Source of the DNA: Lama guanicoe
Taxonomy: Eukaryota
Assembly: GCA_013239625.1 (NCBI GenBank)
Contig: MU053487.1
Span: forward strand, 2,005,058-2,069,057
Reading direction: 5' to 3'
Length of the DNA: 64,000 nucleotides
The translations under genes were made by a program, and so were the position numbers. Below, piece after piece: positions 53,828 through 64,000 of this stretch (within the stretch, counting starts at the first letter, position 1; the number at the start of each line of letters is the position of its first letter). The notes beneath the pieces were generated by a model, which was not told the origin of the DNA, did no database searches, and saw nothing but the letters and a program-made list of their open reading frames with translations.

Positions 53828-54429
53828 TGGGTTCAAGTTCTGATCTTGCCACTAATTACATAAAGTATATGCAATTAAGTCTTCAATGGGGGATAGGCTC
53901 ACCAGTTCGTTAAGTAGGCTGAACCCACGGGGATGCCTTCAGCTGTCAGCTTTATTTTTCTCCTGTCACTCTCTTCTAACGTGGTTGGTTGGAATTCTGT
54001 TCATTGCCTCTTGACAACATTTTGGGCAGATGTTTGGGCAGATGTCAAGGCTTTTGTTGTTGCTCATAAGAGTCTCATTTTCAGGTAATAAAAGTTCAGT
54101 TCACTGAAAGTGGAATGAAAGTCTGATAGTTAACGCACTGTTTTTCTGCTCACCCTCACCACCAGCCTCCCCCTTGCCTCCATCCACAAACACGCCAATG
54201 AAGCCCTAACCCCTGGGCTGAGAACCTGCCTTGGGAAGATGAGCTGTGGTCTCTCATTTCAGCCAGCCTCCACCTTGTTTTTCTCCTCCACCTTTCACAC
54301 TCCCACTCCCTCTTCTGCACCAGTGGAGAATTTTATCCACGAGACTCCAGGAGTCCTCAGTCATGTCTCGCTCTGGAGAGCTGATGAGTAGAGGTGAACC
54401 TTCCTAGTGCTCTGGGGGCTGATGCGACT

Positions 54430-54600
54430 GTATGGAGAAGTCTGCGCGCCTGCGAAAGTCCTCAGCCTGCCCCCCCCCCCAGCGAGCGCCATCTGGAGTG
54501 ACCTCCTGCCCGCGCAACCCCGCGTGTCCCCCGCAGCCAGCAGCGCCGCGGCTCCCTGCTCTGTGCGGCGTTCGGTGCCCTGCGGCAACGTGTCCCTGGG
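54430..54600. promoter_or_regulatory. Intronic CpG-rich patch with CTCF-like motif
   Basis: Dense CpGs in non-repeat DNA. agcgccatctggagtg at 54485-54500 (minus strand CTCCAGATGGCGCT). Confidence 0.5.
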
Positions 54601-54781
54601 CCAGCCTTGGAAATATGTGCCTGAGAGCCCTAAGGAGGTCTTTACAGGCCTCATCCTATCTGTTCAAGGTGTCTTTAAGTTGTAACTGCTCAAGAAAATG
54701 TAGGCTAGGGAAATTTTTCTAGAATCCTCTGTAGGGTGCTGCGGTGAGGAGGTCTTCTGGCGGGGAAGTGCGCTTGAGTTT

Positions 54782-54815
54782 TAGTTAGTCAGTCAGTCAG
54801 TCAGTCAGTCAGTCA
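54782..54815. repeat. (AGTC)n tetranucleotide repeat at an L2 end
   Basis: tagttagtcagtcagtc... followed by cattctttcagtgtttattgagcacc. Confidence 0.8.
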
Positions 54816-55677
54816 CATATGGACTCATTCTTTCAGTGTTTATTGAGCACCTGTCATGCTCCAGGCTTTGTCTGAGATTCTGAGACAGAAGTTACTAGAA
54901 CAGTACTAATTTTCTGCCTTCATAGAGACTACATTCTGGTTTGGGAGTCAGATCATCAACAGGCAAATAAATGAGTATAAAATACAAAATACAAAATCAT
55001 AAATCAACATCAGCTGCCTCCTGATATACTTAGAAGGTCACAGCATCACTTTTGTGGTAGTTCTTTCAAAAATGTGTAATCCGTGTCCAATTGGGAAGAA
55101 GTTCCAGGCAAGCCCAGACTGAAGACTATTCCATGAGACAACTGTTCTGTATTCTGTAAAATAAAGATGTCACAAAAGACAAAAGCTGAGACACTATTCC
55201 AAATAAAATGAGACTTAACAAAATACATGAAAACTAAAAGCAATGCCTAATCCTAAATTAAATCCCAAAGCAGATTTTTTAAATGCTATGAAATCTATTA
55301 TTAGTATGATTTTCAAAATTTAATATGAGTTGCATATCACATAATAGTACTGCATCAGTATAAGTTTATTACATTGTATTTATGTGACAAAATAATCTTT
55401 GGTGTCCAAAACCCAGCGCACTGAACTATTTTGACAGTACATGGGTTGGAGCAGGGAGGCAGGGAGGAGGGGCAGGGGACAGAACCTCTTTCTGCAGCCT
55501 GGCTTGGCAGCGGGTGGAGTGGGAGGCTCACACAGGGCCCGTGGGAGCCTCCTCGGGGGCTGAGGGTGTCGGGAACAGAGCAGAGCGTGGAGCGGGCCTC
55601 ACCCGCACAGCGGGAGTCTGCGCCATTGATCGTGATTGACTGATCATAAGAGAGTCTGTTCTGTCTTTGCTTTGCAG

Positions 55678-55957
55678 CTCCAGAAACTAAAACGATCGCT
55701 CTCCTTCAAGACCAAGAGTTTACGGAGCAAAAGTGCTGACAACTTCTTCCAGGGAACCAACAGTGACGGGAAGCTGCAGGCAGACCCGCTGGCTGAGGTC
55801 AGCCCCGGCTCCAGCCCTCTCCCGGTCCCCGGAAGCCTCACGTCCACACCCACCAGGGCCAGCCTCTACCCAGGCGGCGGCGGCAAGGCCCACGCCTTCC
55901 AGGAACACATCTTCAAGAAGCCCACTTTCTGTGACGTCTGCAACCACATGATCGTAG
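55678..55957 (+). CDS. STAC: STAC coding exon 2 (start of C1 cysteine-rich domain)
   Basis: Acceptor tctttgctttgcag|CTC and donor G|gtaagc, 280 nt, in frame with exon 1. Encodes LQKLKRSLSFKTKSLRSKSADNFF...HAFQEHIFKKPTFCDVCNHMIVG, containing the C1-domain H-x-F...C-x2-C motif. No further exon recognised in the window. Confidence 0.97.
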
Positions 55958-58697
55958 GTAAGCCTCCCCCCAACCCCCTTCCAGGTCCCCACATCCATGG
56001 AAAGCCAGGTAAGAGGGGTGTACCGGGGTCCAGGTCCCGGTGGACTGAGCTGAGCCTCAGAGACCGACAGGCAGGAGGATTGTTTGGGAGCGTTTAGGGG
56101 AACAGTATTTGTCAGAGGAAAGGGAAGCAGGGCTGGGCAGCGGGAGTTGGGTTGTGGTGTATGTGGTTGTAACGAAACCTTCAGCTGATCCCCGGAGAGC
56201 TCTAAAGCCATGTACAGTCATCTTGCATTGAGGTCAGACGTCTGGAGCTTTGTACCGCAGCATTACCTCTCACCAGATATGGGCAGCCCCTAGGGTGGGG
56301 GCAAAATCTTGAACAAAGCAGCTCTTTTTAGCCAAGGGCAGTTAGCAGAGAGAGAATCCGTGGGATGCTGGGCAGTTGGGGACTATCATAGCATCAACTC
56401 CACGGTGCGTGGGAATGCCTGCCTGGGGTCACCTGGAGGGGGAGGTCTGTGGCTTGATGAGTTACAGGTGCAGGACCCAGATAAGCAGGCGCGGAAGGTA
56501 GGGGACCTCAGGGAGGCACTAAAGAAGGCAGGACAGTTGTGATGGGGATTATAACTCTGATCCTGGGAAGGATCACTGATGGTACCTCAGAGAAATGGTG
56601 GGAGCCAGAGCATCTTAGAGGCTGTACCCAGATGGAGAGAATGGCCTCCGTAATGTTCCAGCTAGAAGGACACCATGAGCTGCTGGGATTAACACCCACA
56701 GAGATGCCATCCACAGTTCACACCCGCCTGCTTGTCCCGTGTCGCAAACCCAAGGACCAAACAGATGGAGGAAACCATAAAGGGAATTTGGGTGGAACCC
56801 AGAATGAATTTAAACCAGTTGTTTCAAGAGTAGCAGCAGCGGTTTCCAGTGCAGCCAGGAAGGCGGGTTCTGTGGTTCCCTTCACCCTTGGCCAAGACCA
56901 TTTGAGGGCGGGGTGTTGAAAACGGGGAGCAACGTCAGCCCTTCTTGTAGCGTTACCCACAAGGCCTGTCTGCATCTTCAGAAAACCATTATCTGTCCAC
57001 ACTCGCATTTTCTAGTCACTCTCATTCATGTTCTTCCTTCCAACAAGCCACATTCAGGATCAGTGCTTTGGGTTGGTCAAGGATTTCTGGAAAATAATGC
57101 TGTAATATCTCATATCTACTCTGAAACTCCAGCTCTTAAAGCTGCTTTCTTTCACTCTGTCCAAGCATCTTCAGAGCAGCTCGGGTTTGGCTGATCCACA
57201 CCGAGCTCAGTTACTGTGTCTTCTCTCTATTCTATACCTCTCATGCTTTTCCTGGACCGGTGGGCTAGCGGGGGCGTGCTCTTCCCATGACAAGTGGAAG
57301 CACACAGGCTTCCTGGGGCTCGGGCTGGAGGTGGGACTCTGCTGGCACTCCACCACATCCAGGGATGGAGAAGGAGCAGGGACTGCAAAGCCACCTGGCA
57401 AAGGGCAGGGGAAGGACGTCAGTAATCCAGGCTGCCACGGGGCTTGGGACGGCCTCTGCACGACTGAGCCTCTGTGGTCTGTTAGATGCTCCTCAGTCTT
57501 GGAGCGCGACCACCTTCCCTGTGGCTTCTCCACCCGGAAGTGATACCCAGCATCTGACCATTAGCGTGGCGGGCACAGGGGCTCGTCACGTCTCCCACTC
57601 GGAGCGCTTAGGCATTTTGGCCTCCAGCTTGGTTTCTCCATCTGCCTGAGCAGCTTCTGACTCTGATGCGTCACTTTCAACTTCCCCGCGAGTTCCCACC
57701 AGGCCTTTTCAAGGCCGTGCTGTTCATAACCCTTAAATGGGTGATGATGAGTCTCTCTGAAATCTCATTGTGACGACTGTGAAAAGGCAAACAGCCCGTG
57801 TCGTTTTAAAAAGTAACGGAAATGAGTTCACATCCAAGGAGTGTCACAGGCATGATCCGAGAGAGGACTCCAGGTGCACCCCAAGTACATACAGCAATGA
57901 GGCTGAAAGCCTCTGTTTTGAAAATCACCCCAAAAACCATGCTTTGTGTTAAAGAGAGTTTCACTCTACTTTCCTCTTCTCAGAATTAAATGTATATGGT
58001 AGCTGCTTTTTTCTCTTAAGAAAGAGAGAGAGAAAAATAGTCAACAAGATAAGCATCTTTTCAAAGATGAAAACCAAGGAAACCAAATGGTAGACTCAGG
58101 GGAACGGGGAGAGAGAAAAGGCAGAGGGAGGCGGTGAGGGGAGGAAGAGGAGTGAGGTGGAGAGGAGACGGATGCACATTACCCTTCCTGAAACTCTGTG
58201 CAGGCCCTTCCGTCTGACAGCAGAGAGCAGCTGATCTGCCCTTTCTTTACTCCTCAGGCAACCTCCTGTCTCTACATAACCACCTGGAGATTTGCTTCCT
58301 TCAAGCCACAGGCCATCTTCACACTCTAGATTCTAGGGAAAGACCCCCCTGCTGTTATCCCCTTAGAATGACATTCCCGAGAATATATTAAAGCAGAGCT
58401 TTTTTTTCCTTTCCACAGAGAACCAAAGGTTAGATAATGATGGCTCAGAAAAATCAAATCTCGCTTGTGCAGTTTCTAGCTGATGGATCTTTGTTTAAAA
58501 GTAAACGGAGTCTGGCATCCTCACTATCTGGGATTTGGAAGTGGGAATGGACACTCGGAGCTGGGTTTACCAGCTCTCGCCATTTGTGCCTCACCTGGCT
58601 GCCTGGGCCTCAGAGGTGGAGAGGCTGAATGCTGGCTGCAAGAAAGTGGCAGGAAAAGTAGACCAGCACCCCAGCCTCATTCTGCGCCCGTATCTTT

Positions 58698-59900
58698 CTT
58701 TTTTGTTTGTTTTCATATTTCTTTTTCATTAAAGGTTATTACATGATATTGAATACAGTTCCCTGTGCTCTACAGAAGAAACTTGTTTTTTAATCTATTT
58801 TTATATATAGTGGCTAACATTTGTAAATCTCAAACTCCCAAATTTATCCCTCCCCCCATTTCCCGGGTAACCATAAGACTGTTTACTACGTCTCTGAGTC
58901 TGCTTCTGTTTTATAGATGAGTTCATAGTGTCCTTTTTTTCTTTTTTTTTTTTAGATTCCACATATATGTAATATATGGTATTTTCCTTTCTCTTTCTGG
59001 CTTACTTCACTTAGAATGACGATCTCTAGGTCCATCCATATTGCAGCAGATAGCATTATTTTATTCTTTTTTATGGCTGAGATGTATTCCATTGCATAAA
59101 TATACCACAGCTTCTTTATCCAGTCATCTCTCAATGGACATTTAGGTTGCTTCTGTGTCTTGGCTATTGTATATAGTGCTGCTATAAACACTGGGGTGCA
59201 TGTATCTTTTAGAATTAGAGTTCCCTCCAGATATATGCCCAGGAGTGGGACTGCTGGATCAAATGGTAAATCCTATTTTTAGTTTTTTGAGGAATCTCCA
59301 TACTGTCCTCCACAGTGGATGCACCAAATGACATTCCCACCAGCAGTGCAGGAGGGCTCCCTTTTCTCCACAGCCTCTCCAGCATTTATTGTTTGCGGAC
59401 TTTTGAATGATGGCCATTCTGACTGGTGTGAGGTGATAACCTCATTGTAGTTTTGATTTGCATTTCTCTGATAATTAGCAATTATGATGTGCCTGTTGGC
59501 CATTTATATATCTTCATTGAAGAACTGCTTGTTTAGGTCTTCTGCCCATTTTTGGATTGGGTTTTCTTCTTGTTGTTATTAAGTTGTATGAGCTGTTTAT
59601 GTATTCTGGAGATTAAGCCTTTGTCAGTCACATCATTTGCAAATATTTTCTCCCAATCGATTGGCTGTATTTTGTTTTGCTTATGGTTTCCTTTGCTGTG
59701 CAAAAGCTTGTAAGTTTAATTAAGTCCTACTTGTTTATTTTTGCTTTTATTTCTATTGCCTGGGTAGGCTGCCCTAGAAAAACATTGCTAAGATTTATGT
59801 CAGAGAATGTTGTGCCTATGTTTTCTTCAAGGAGGTTTATTGTGTCTTGTCTTATATTTAAGTCTTTAAGCAGTTTTGAGTTTATTTTTGTGCATGGTGT
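58698..59900 (-). mobile_element. 5'-truncated L1
   Basis: [29 protein letters not shown] and MFIAALYTIAKT...DWIKKLWYIY. Confidence 0.92.
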
Positions 59901-60814
59901 CATGCCCATCTCTTTCTGGTTTCCTTGGCTCCTTCACTCATTCCCTAGTGCCAGCATTGCCCTTGACCTTGGGCTGGACACCTGAGACTGCTCCTCCACT
60001 GCTGACCTGGCTCCCGGGCCCCTTGGGTTAAGCAGGCAGTGTGGCATGTCCTCCTGCTAATTGAGTCTTGCCTCCAGGGCGTTGCTAGCCATTAAGGTCA
60101 CCTCCTTAGACAATCCTGTTCCAGAAAATGCGGTCACCTGTGCAAGCCAAATTTGATGAACCCAATCTTTCGTGGAGACGTGACAGAAACAGGCAGTCAG
60201 GTGGGCCTATCAGCCCCAGTGCTGGATGCCCCAGCCTCTGAGTCAGCAGAACTCAAGACCCAGTCTTAGACGAGGAGAATCCTCTTGTGCTTGGTTAGAT
60301 AAACATACTTCCTCCACCAGGCTGGTCCACTCTTGCCGTCCTTAGGCCTTGGCAGTGGGAATTAGGGTGGGGCACCCGTCTTCACTGTGCATCCACTGCA
60401 TGTGTTCCATCTGTGGCACCCTGTCTTCACTCTGAACTAGCTGTCTACAGAGACTCGTTTCAGGAGAGCACTGAAATTTCCCCCTGGTGATCTGCATCTT
60501 ACTCAAACAGGTCAACATGCACTGTTAGCATAACTAATTCAATGCATGAGTGCACCCATCAATGAAGGTTTTTCCAGGAGATCCCATCCTGTTGTTTACT
60601 GCCAGATACCTGGTGTCCAAAACTATTTTTAAATTAACTAAATTTTTTCAGTTGGCATTCCCTTAGAAAACACGGTATTAAATAGGCACATATTTTCTAA
60701 ACAAATATTCAACAAAAAGGCTGAATTTCATTGCCTAAAATTTCAAGCTTCCTCATGCAGTCACCGCACAGTCAAAGAATCATTTACTTTCAAACTGTCC
60801 AAGTGGCAATCACT

Positions 60815-61175
60815 GGGGAAAATAATAATGGCTTCGTCTTAGAAAGTGATTTATTATGGGAAGTGCCCTCAGGAAAAGGGGAATGAGAGAAGCAGGAAGG
60901 GGAAGGGAAGGAACTGAGCAAGGATGTGGTCTCAGGTGGAGTTGGCATCTGAATCTGCCCACGGGGAACTCAGACAGAGACTGCCCTGTTTCACACAGTA
61001 GCCCCACCATGAGATGAGGGGCTGGCCTTTGTCTGTTCCTACCACTCAGTCATTGGCCATGGCTGCCCCCAGGAGGCAGTGGGGGTGTGACATCCCAGGC
61101 AAGGAGGATCCCCTTTGACTGAGAATAGTTCTCTGAAAAAGAGCCTATGAGCCATTAGCAGCCGATGCTCACAGC
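60815..61175. mobile_element. MLT1-like (MaLR) LTR
   Basis: gtgatttattatgggaagtgccctcagg..., ggctggcctttg...tcagtcattggc. Similar decayed copies lie at ~42840-43400 and ~56060-56410. Confidence 0.55.
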
Positions 61176-62770
61176 ATCAGCACAATAAATAAGCTCTGGG
61201 CTTGCCAGCCACTGACAGCATCCCTAGCTCTAAACATACCATAATGCTACAAGATGCAGTATAAAAACATCCTCCACTAGGAGTGAATTTAAAATGCAGA
61301 TGCACCTTGGCATTGTTGTACCTATAACACTGTGTTACCATTATAATGAATAACATATAGAACGTGAGGAAAACCTGCATGACACTGAGTCCCGGACCTT
61401 TCTGCCATGCGTTTGTTTGACCATTAATTTAGTTGTTTCCTGACTTATTCTCACTTTATCCAATTGCTTGAAAAAGTCATAAAACATTAAAACATTAGCC
61501 AAACGTTGAATGGAAATATTCACTCACCACTGAAATTGTCTCTTGGTGGGAAACGCCAAACAGAAATCAAGAGGAATATTAAAAAGCAGATGTCAAATCT
61601 GTGTATCCTCAGGATGGCATTAAAACTCTGAGGTGCCATCAATCATGTAGCTGGACAATTGTTTTAGGAGCTGTATAGCTTATAAATAAGAAAATACAAG
61701 TGCTCTCTAGAAATTTTTTCTTAAATTTCAAACAGATACTTTCCTTTGGGCTGTGGAACTCAATGGTTTGCCCAATGGGATTGTTAATCTCTGGTGTCTT
61801 AATTACTTAAAGGTAGTAATTTAACTGCTGCTTTTCTATGAGAGGACAAAAATGCAATCTCATGCCCAGTCCAACAGAATTAATTTCTTTGTATTCTTTG
61901 CTCATCCGGGCCCCTCGAGAGAAATGTGTTAATTCTGGGGACAGAATTTTAAGTAAATAAAACCAAAGTACACTCAAGGTAGGGAGATAGTGACCCTACC
62001 AGGGAAGGAATGTTTGTAGGAGGTGTCAGTGCTTCGCCTGGAGAAGACTTTGGGGAATGTGATCACTGTCTTCAAATAACTGAAGCCATCTCTTCTGGAA
62101 GAGGGTTAAACTCACTCGGGGTCTCCCGTGCACAGTGATGGATATTACAGGGAGGCAGAGTTCAAGATGTTAAAAAGAAGAGCTTCTAAAAGTAACCCCA
62201 GAGGTAGGCTCCGTGGAACTGGGGAGGGGGGATTTTCCGACATGTTTGGGAGGTGCTGGACGCTACACCCGCTTTGGATATTCGTAGCACACCGTCGTGT
62301 TGTGAAGTCCTGCTATCCTGAACAACCGAGTGTTTTCAGTGGAGACCAGAGACAGTAAAGGAAACGGATTATAACTAAGGAGTTCTCCCTCCTAAGACCT
62401 CCTTTTCCCTAATTCCACTTGGCTGCCTTTGAGCACTTTTTGGCATGTGTCTCTTTAATGGACACGAATCAGAAAGCCTTTCTAGTGCCTGTTCATTAGA
62501 GCAAGTTCATTAAAGAGCTATTAAAGCTTCAATTCAGATCCTGGGTTCTCAGAGAACATTGTACACAGCACCCCTCAACCCAAGGGGTACAAAATACAGC
62601 CAGCCTCTTCTGTTAGTTTCCCGAAATTTTACGCCTGCTGCCAAGTACTATGTATTTTAAGAAATTGCTCATTGAGAATGACTTAAATGAAAAAGGAAAC
62701 CACATTCCTTCCAGCAAACATTGAGCAGAAATGGATGTTGGTAGACCCCACGGAAGAAGGTATCTTAGAG

Positions 62771-62897
62771 GGTAAGGAATAGCTCAGTGGTAGAGTGAGT
62801 GCTTAGCATGCACGAGGTCCTGGGTTTAATCCCCAGTACCTCCATTAAAACATTAATAAATAAGCCTGATTACTTCCCCCTCCCCCCTAACCAAAAA
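62771..62897 (+). mobile_element. tRNA-Ala-derived SINE (Vic-1-like)
   Basis: atagctcagtggtagagtgagtgcttagcatgcacgaggtcctgggtttaatccccagtacctcca. Perfect 17-bp TSD aagaaggtatcttagag at 62754-62770 and 62898-62914. Confidence 0.92.
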
Positions 62898-63555
62898 AAG
62901 AAGGTATCTTAGAGCCTCACACAGAAATGGAAGCGACCTCCATCAGGGGCTTGTGTTACGCTCTGGGGCGTCACATGGGGCTGCAGGGCATCACTTCTGC
63001 CAAAACAGAAGACAGGACAAGGGGAGGTGAGAGGACCCCTTACCACCCCAAGGTCCTCATGTTGTTCTCTGAGCCAGTCGTCAGCACCCTAGCCTTTATT
63101 GTTCCTCCTGGAACATGTGGGATGTCTTCTTTCCTGCCCCAGTTCTCCATCTGTTCCAGCCCCAAATCTGTCAGGACTCAAGTAAAATGCCTCCCCTGGG
63201 TTCTGCGGTGAGCACCTTCTCTGAACGTTTGTCATTTCTCAAACGACCCAGACCTCTGTAAGTCCCTAGAAAACATGATCTGATCTGATGTCTTGTGCCT
63301 GTTCCCTCAGCAGCCAGCACAGCATACACCTGGCACATAGAGAGTATTTAAAAAAATCATAGTGAGTGACTAGGAGGAAAAACAGTCTATAATACCACTC
63401 AACAGAAACAGACAAAGAACAAAGAAAATGCCCTAAGCCCTTTGAAAGCCACTCCCCTGGTTTGTCAAGTCTCCACCCTGCCTAAAAAGCAGCTTGACAC
63501 TGACGCCCTTTTTCCTCCTCTGTTATCTTTCTCTTCATGTCTCCTTTGTGCTGCA

Positions 63556-64000
63556 TTTTTTTCAACTGAAGTATACAGTCAGTTCAATGTGTCAATTTCC
63601 GGTATACAGCGCGCTGTCCCAGTCATGCATGTACATACATATATTCATTTTCATATTCTTTTTCATTGAAGATTATTACAAAATATTGAATATAGTTCCT
63701 TATCCTATACAGAAGAAATGTATGGGGTGTCTTTAATCTATTTTTATATATAGTGGCCAACATTTGCAAATCTCAAAGTCCCAAACTTATCCCTTCCAAC
63801 CCCCTTTCCACTGGTAACCATAAGATTGTTTACTATGTCTGCGAGTCTGTTTCTGCTTTGTAGATGAGTTCATAGTATCCTTTATTTTTCTTTTTTTAGA
63901 TTTCACATATGACTGATACATGGTATTTTTCTTTCTCTTTCTGGCTTACTTCACTTAGAATGACATATTTTTATACAATGGAATACTCGTCGGCCATAAA
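63556..64000 (-). mobile_element. L1 3' end with inversion junction near 63965 (runs off window)
   Basis: Antisense 3'UTR up to cacttagaatgaca, then sense-oriented tatacaatggaatactcgtcggccataaa. Confidence 0.8.

Noticed and set aside
55958..56097. ORF extension past exon 2
   Set aside because: Readthrough of a canonical gtaagc donor. STAC similarity stops at the donor.

Overview
Mammalian genomic DNA, most likely camelid (three tRNA-Ala-derived Vic-1-like SINEs). It carries the 5' end of STAC on the + strand: a CpG-island promoter, coding exon 1 (29500-29610), a 26,067-bp intron and exon 2 (55678-55957). The rest is mostly L1, LTR, MIR/L2 and DNA-transposon remnants, plus two N-gaps. The main discovery is at 24392-27514 (- strand): an intronless SLC18B1 retrocopy whose exons are circularly permuted. 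The C-terminal-side coding block (~aa 224-330) precedes the N-terminal block (~aa 15-226), joined at what looks like an exact back-splice junction (24994/24993). The copy is one full turn of the circle, is bounded by a 10-nt direct repeat, and is fused into the gag capsid end of an ERV1 (LTR-PBS-gag) lying head-to-head with the STAC promoter. This reads as a circRNA-derived pseudogene captured by a retroviral element. Secondary oddities are three 5'-inverted L1s, an L1 with its 5'UTR fused directly to its 3' end, a short 3'-transduction candidate, a strong-Kozak uORF in the STAC leader and an intronic CpG/CTCF patch. Gene and repeat names come from recalled sequences, not from database searches.
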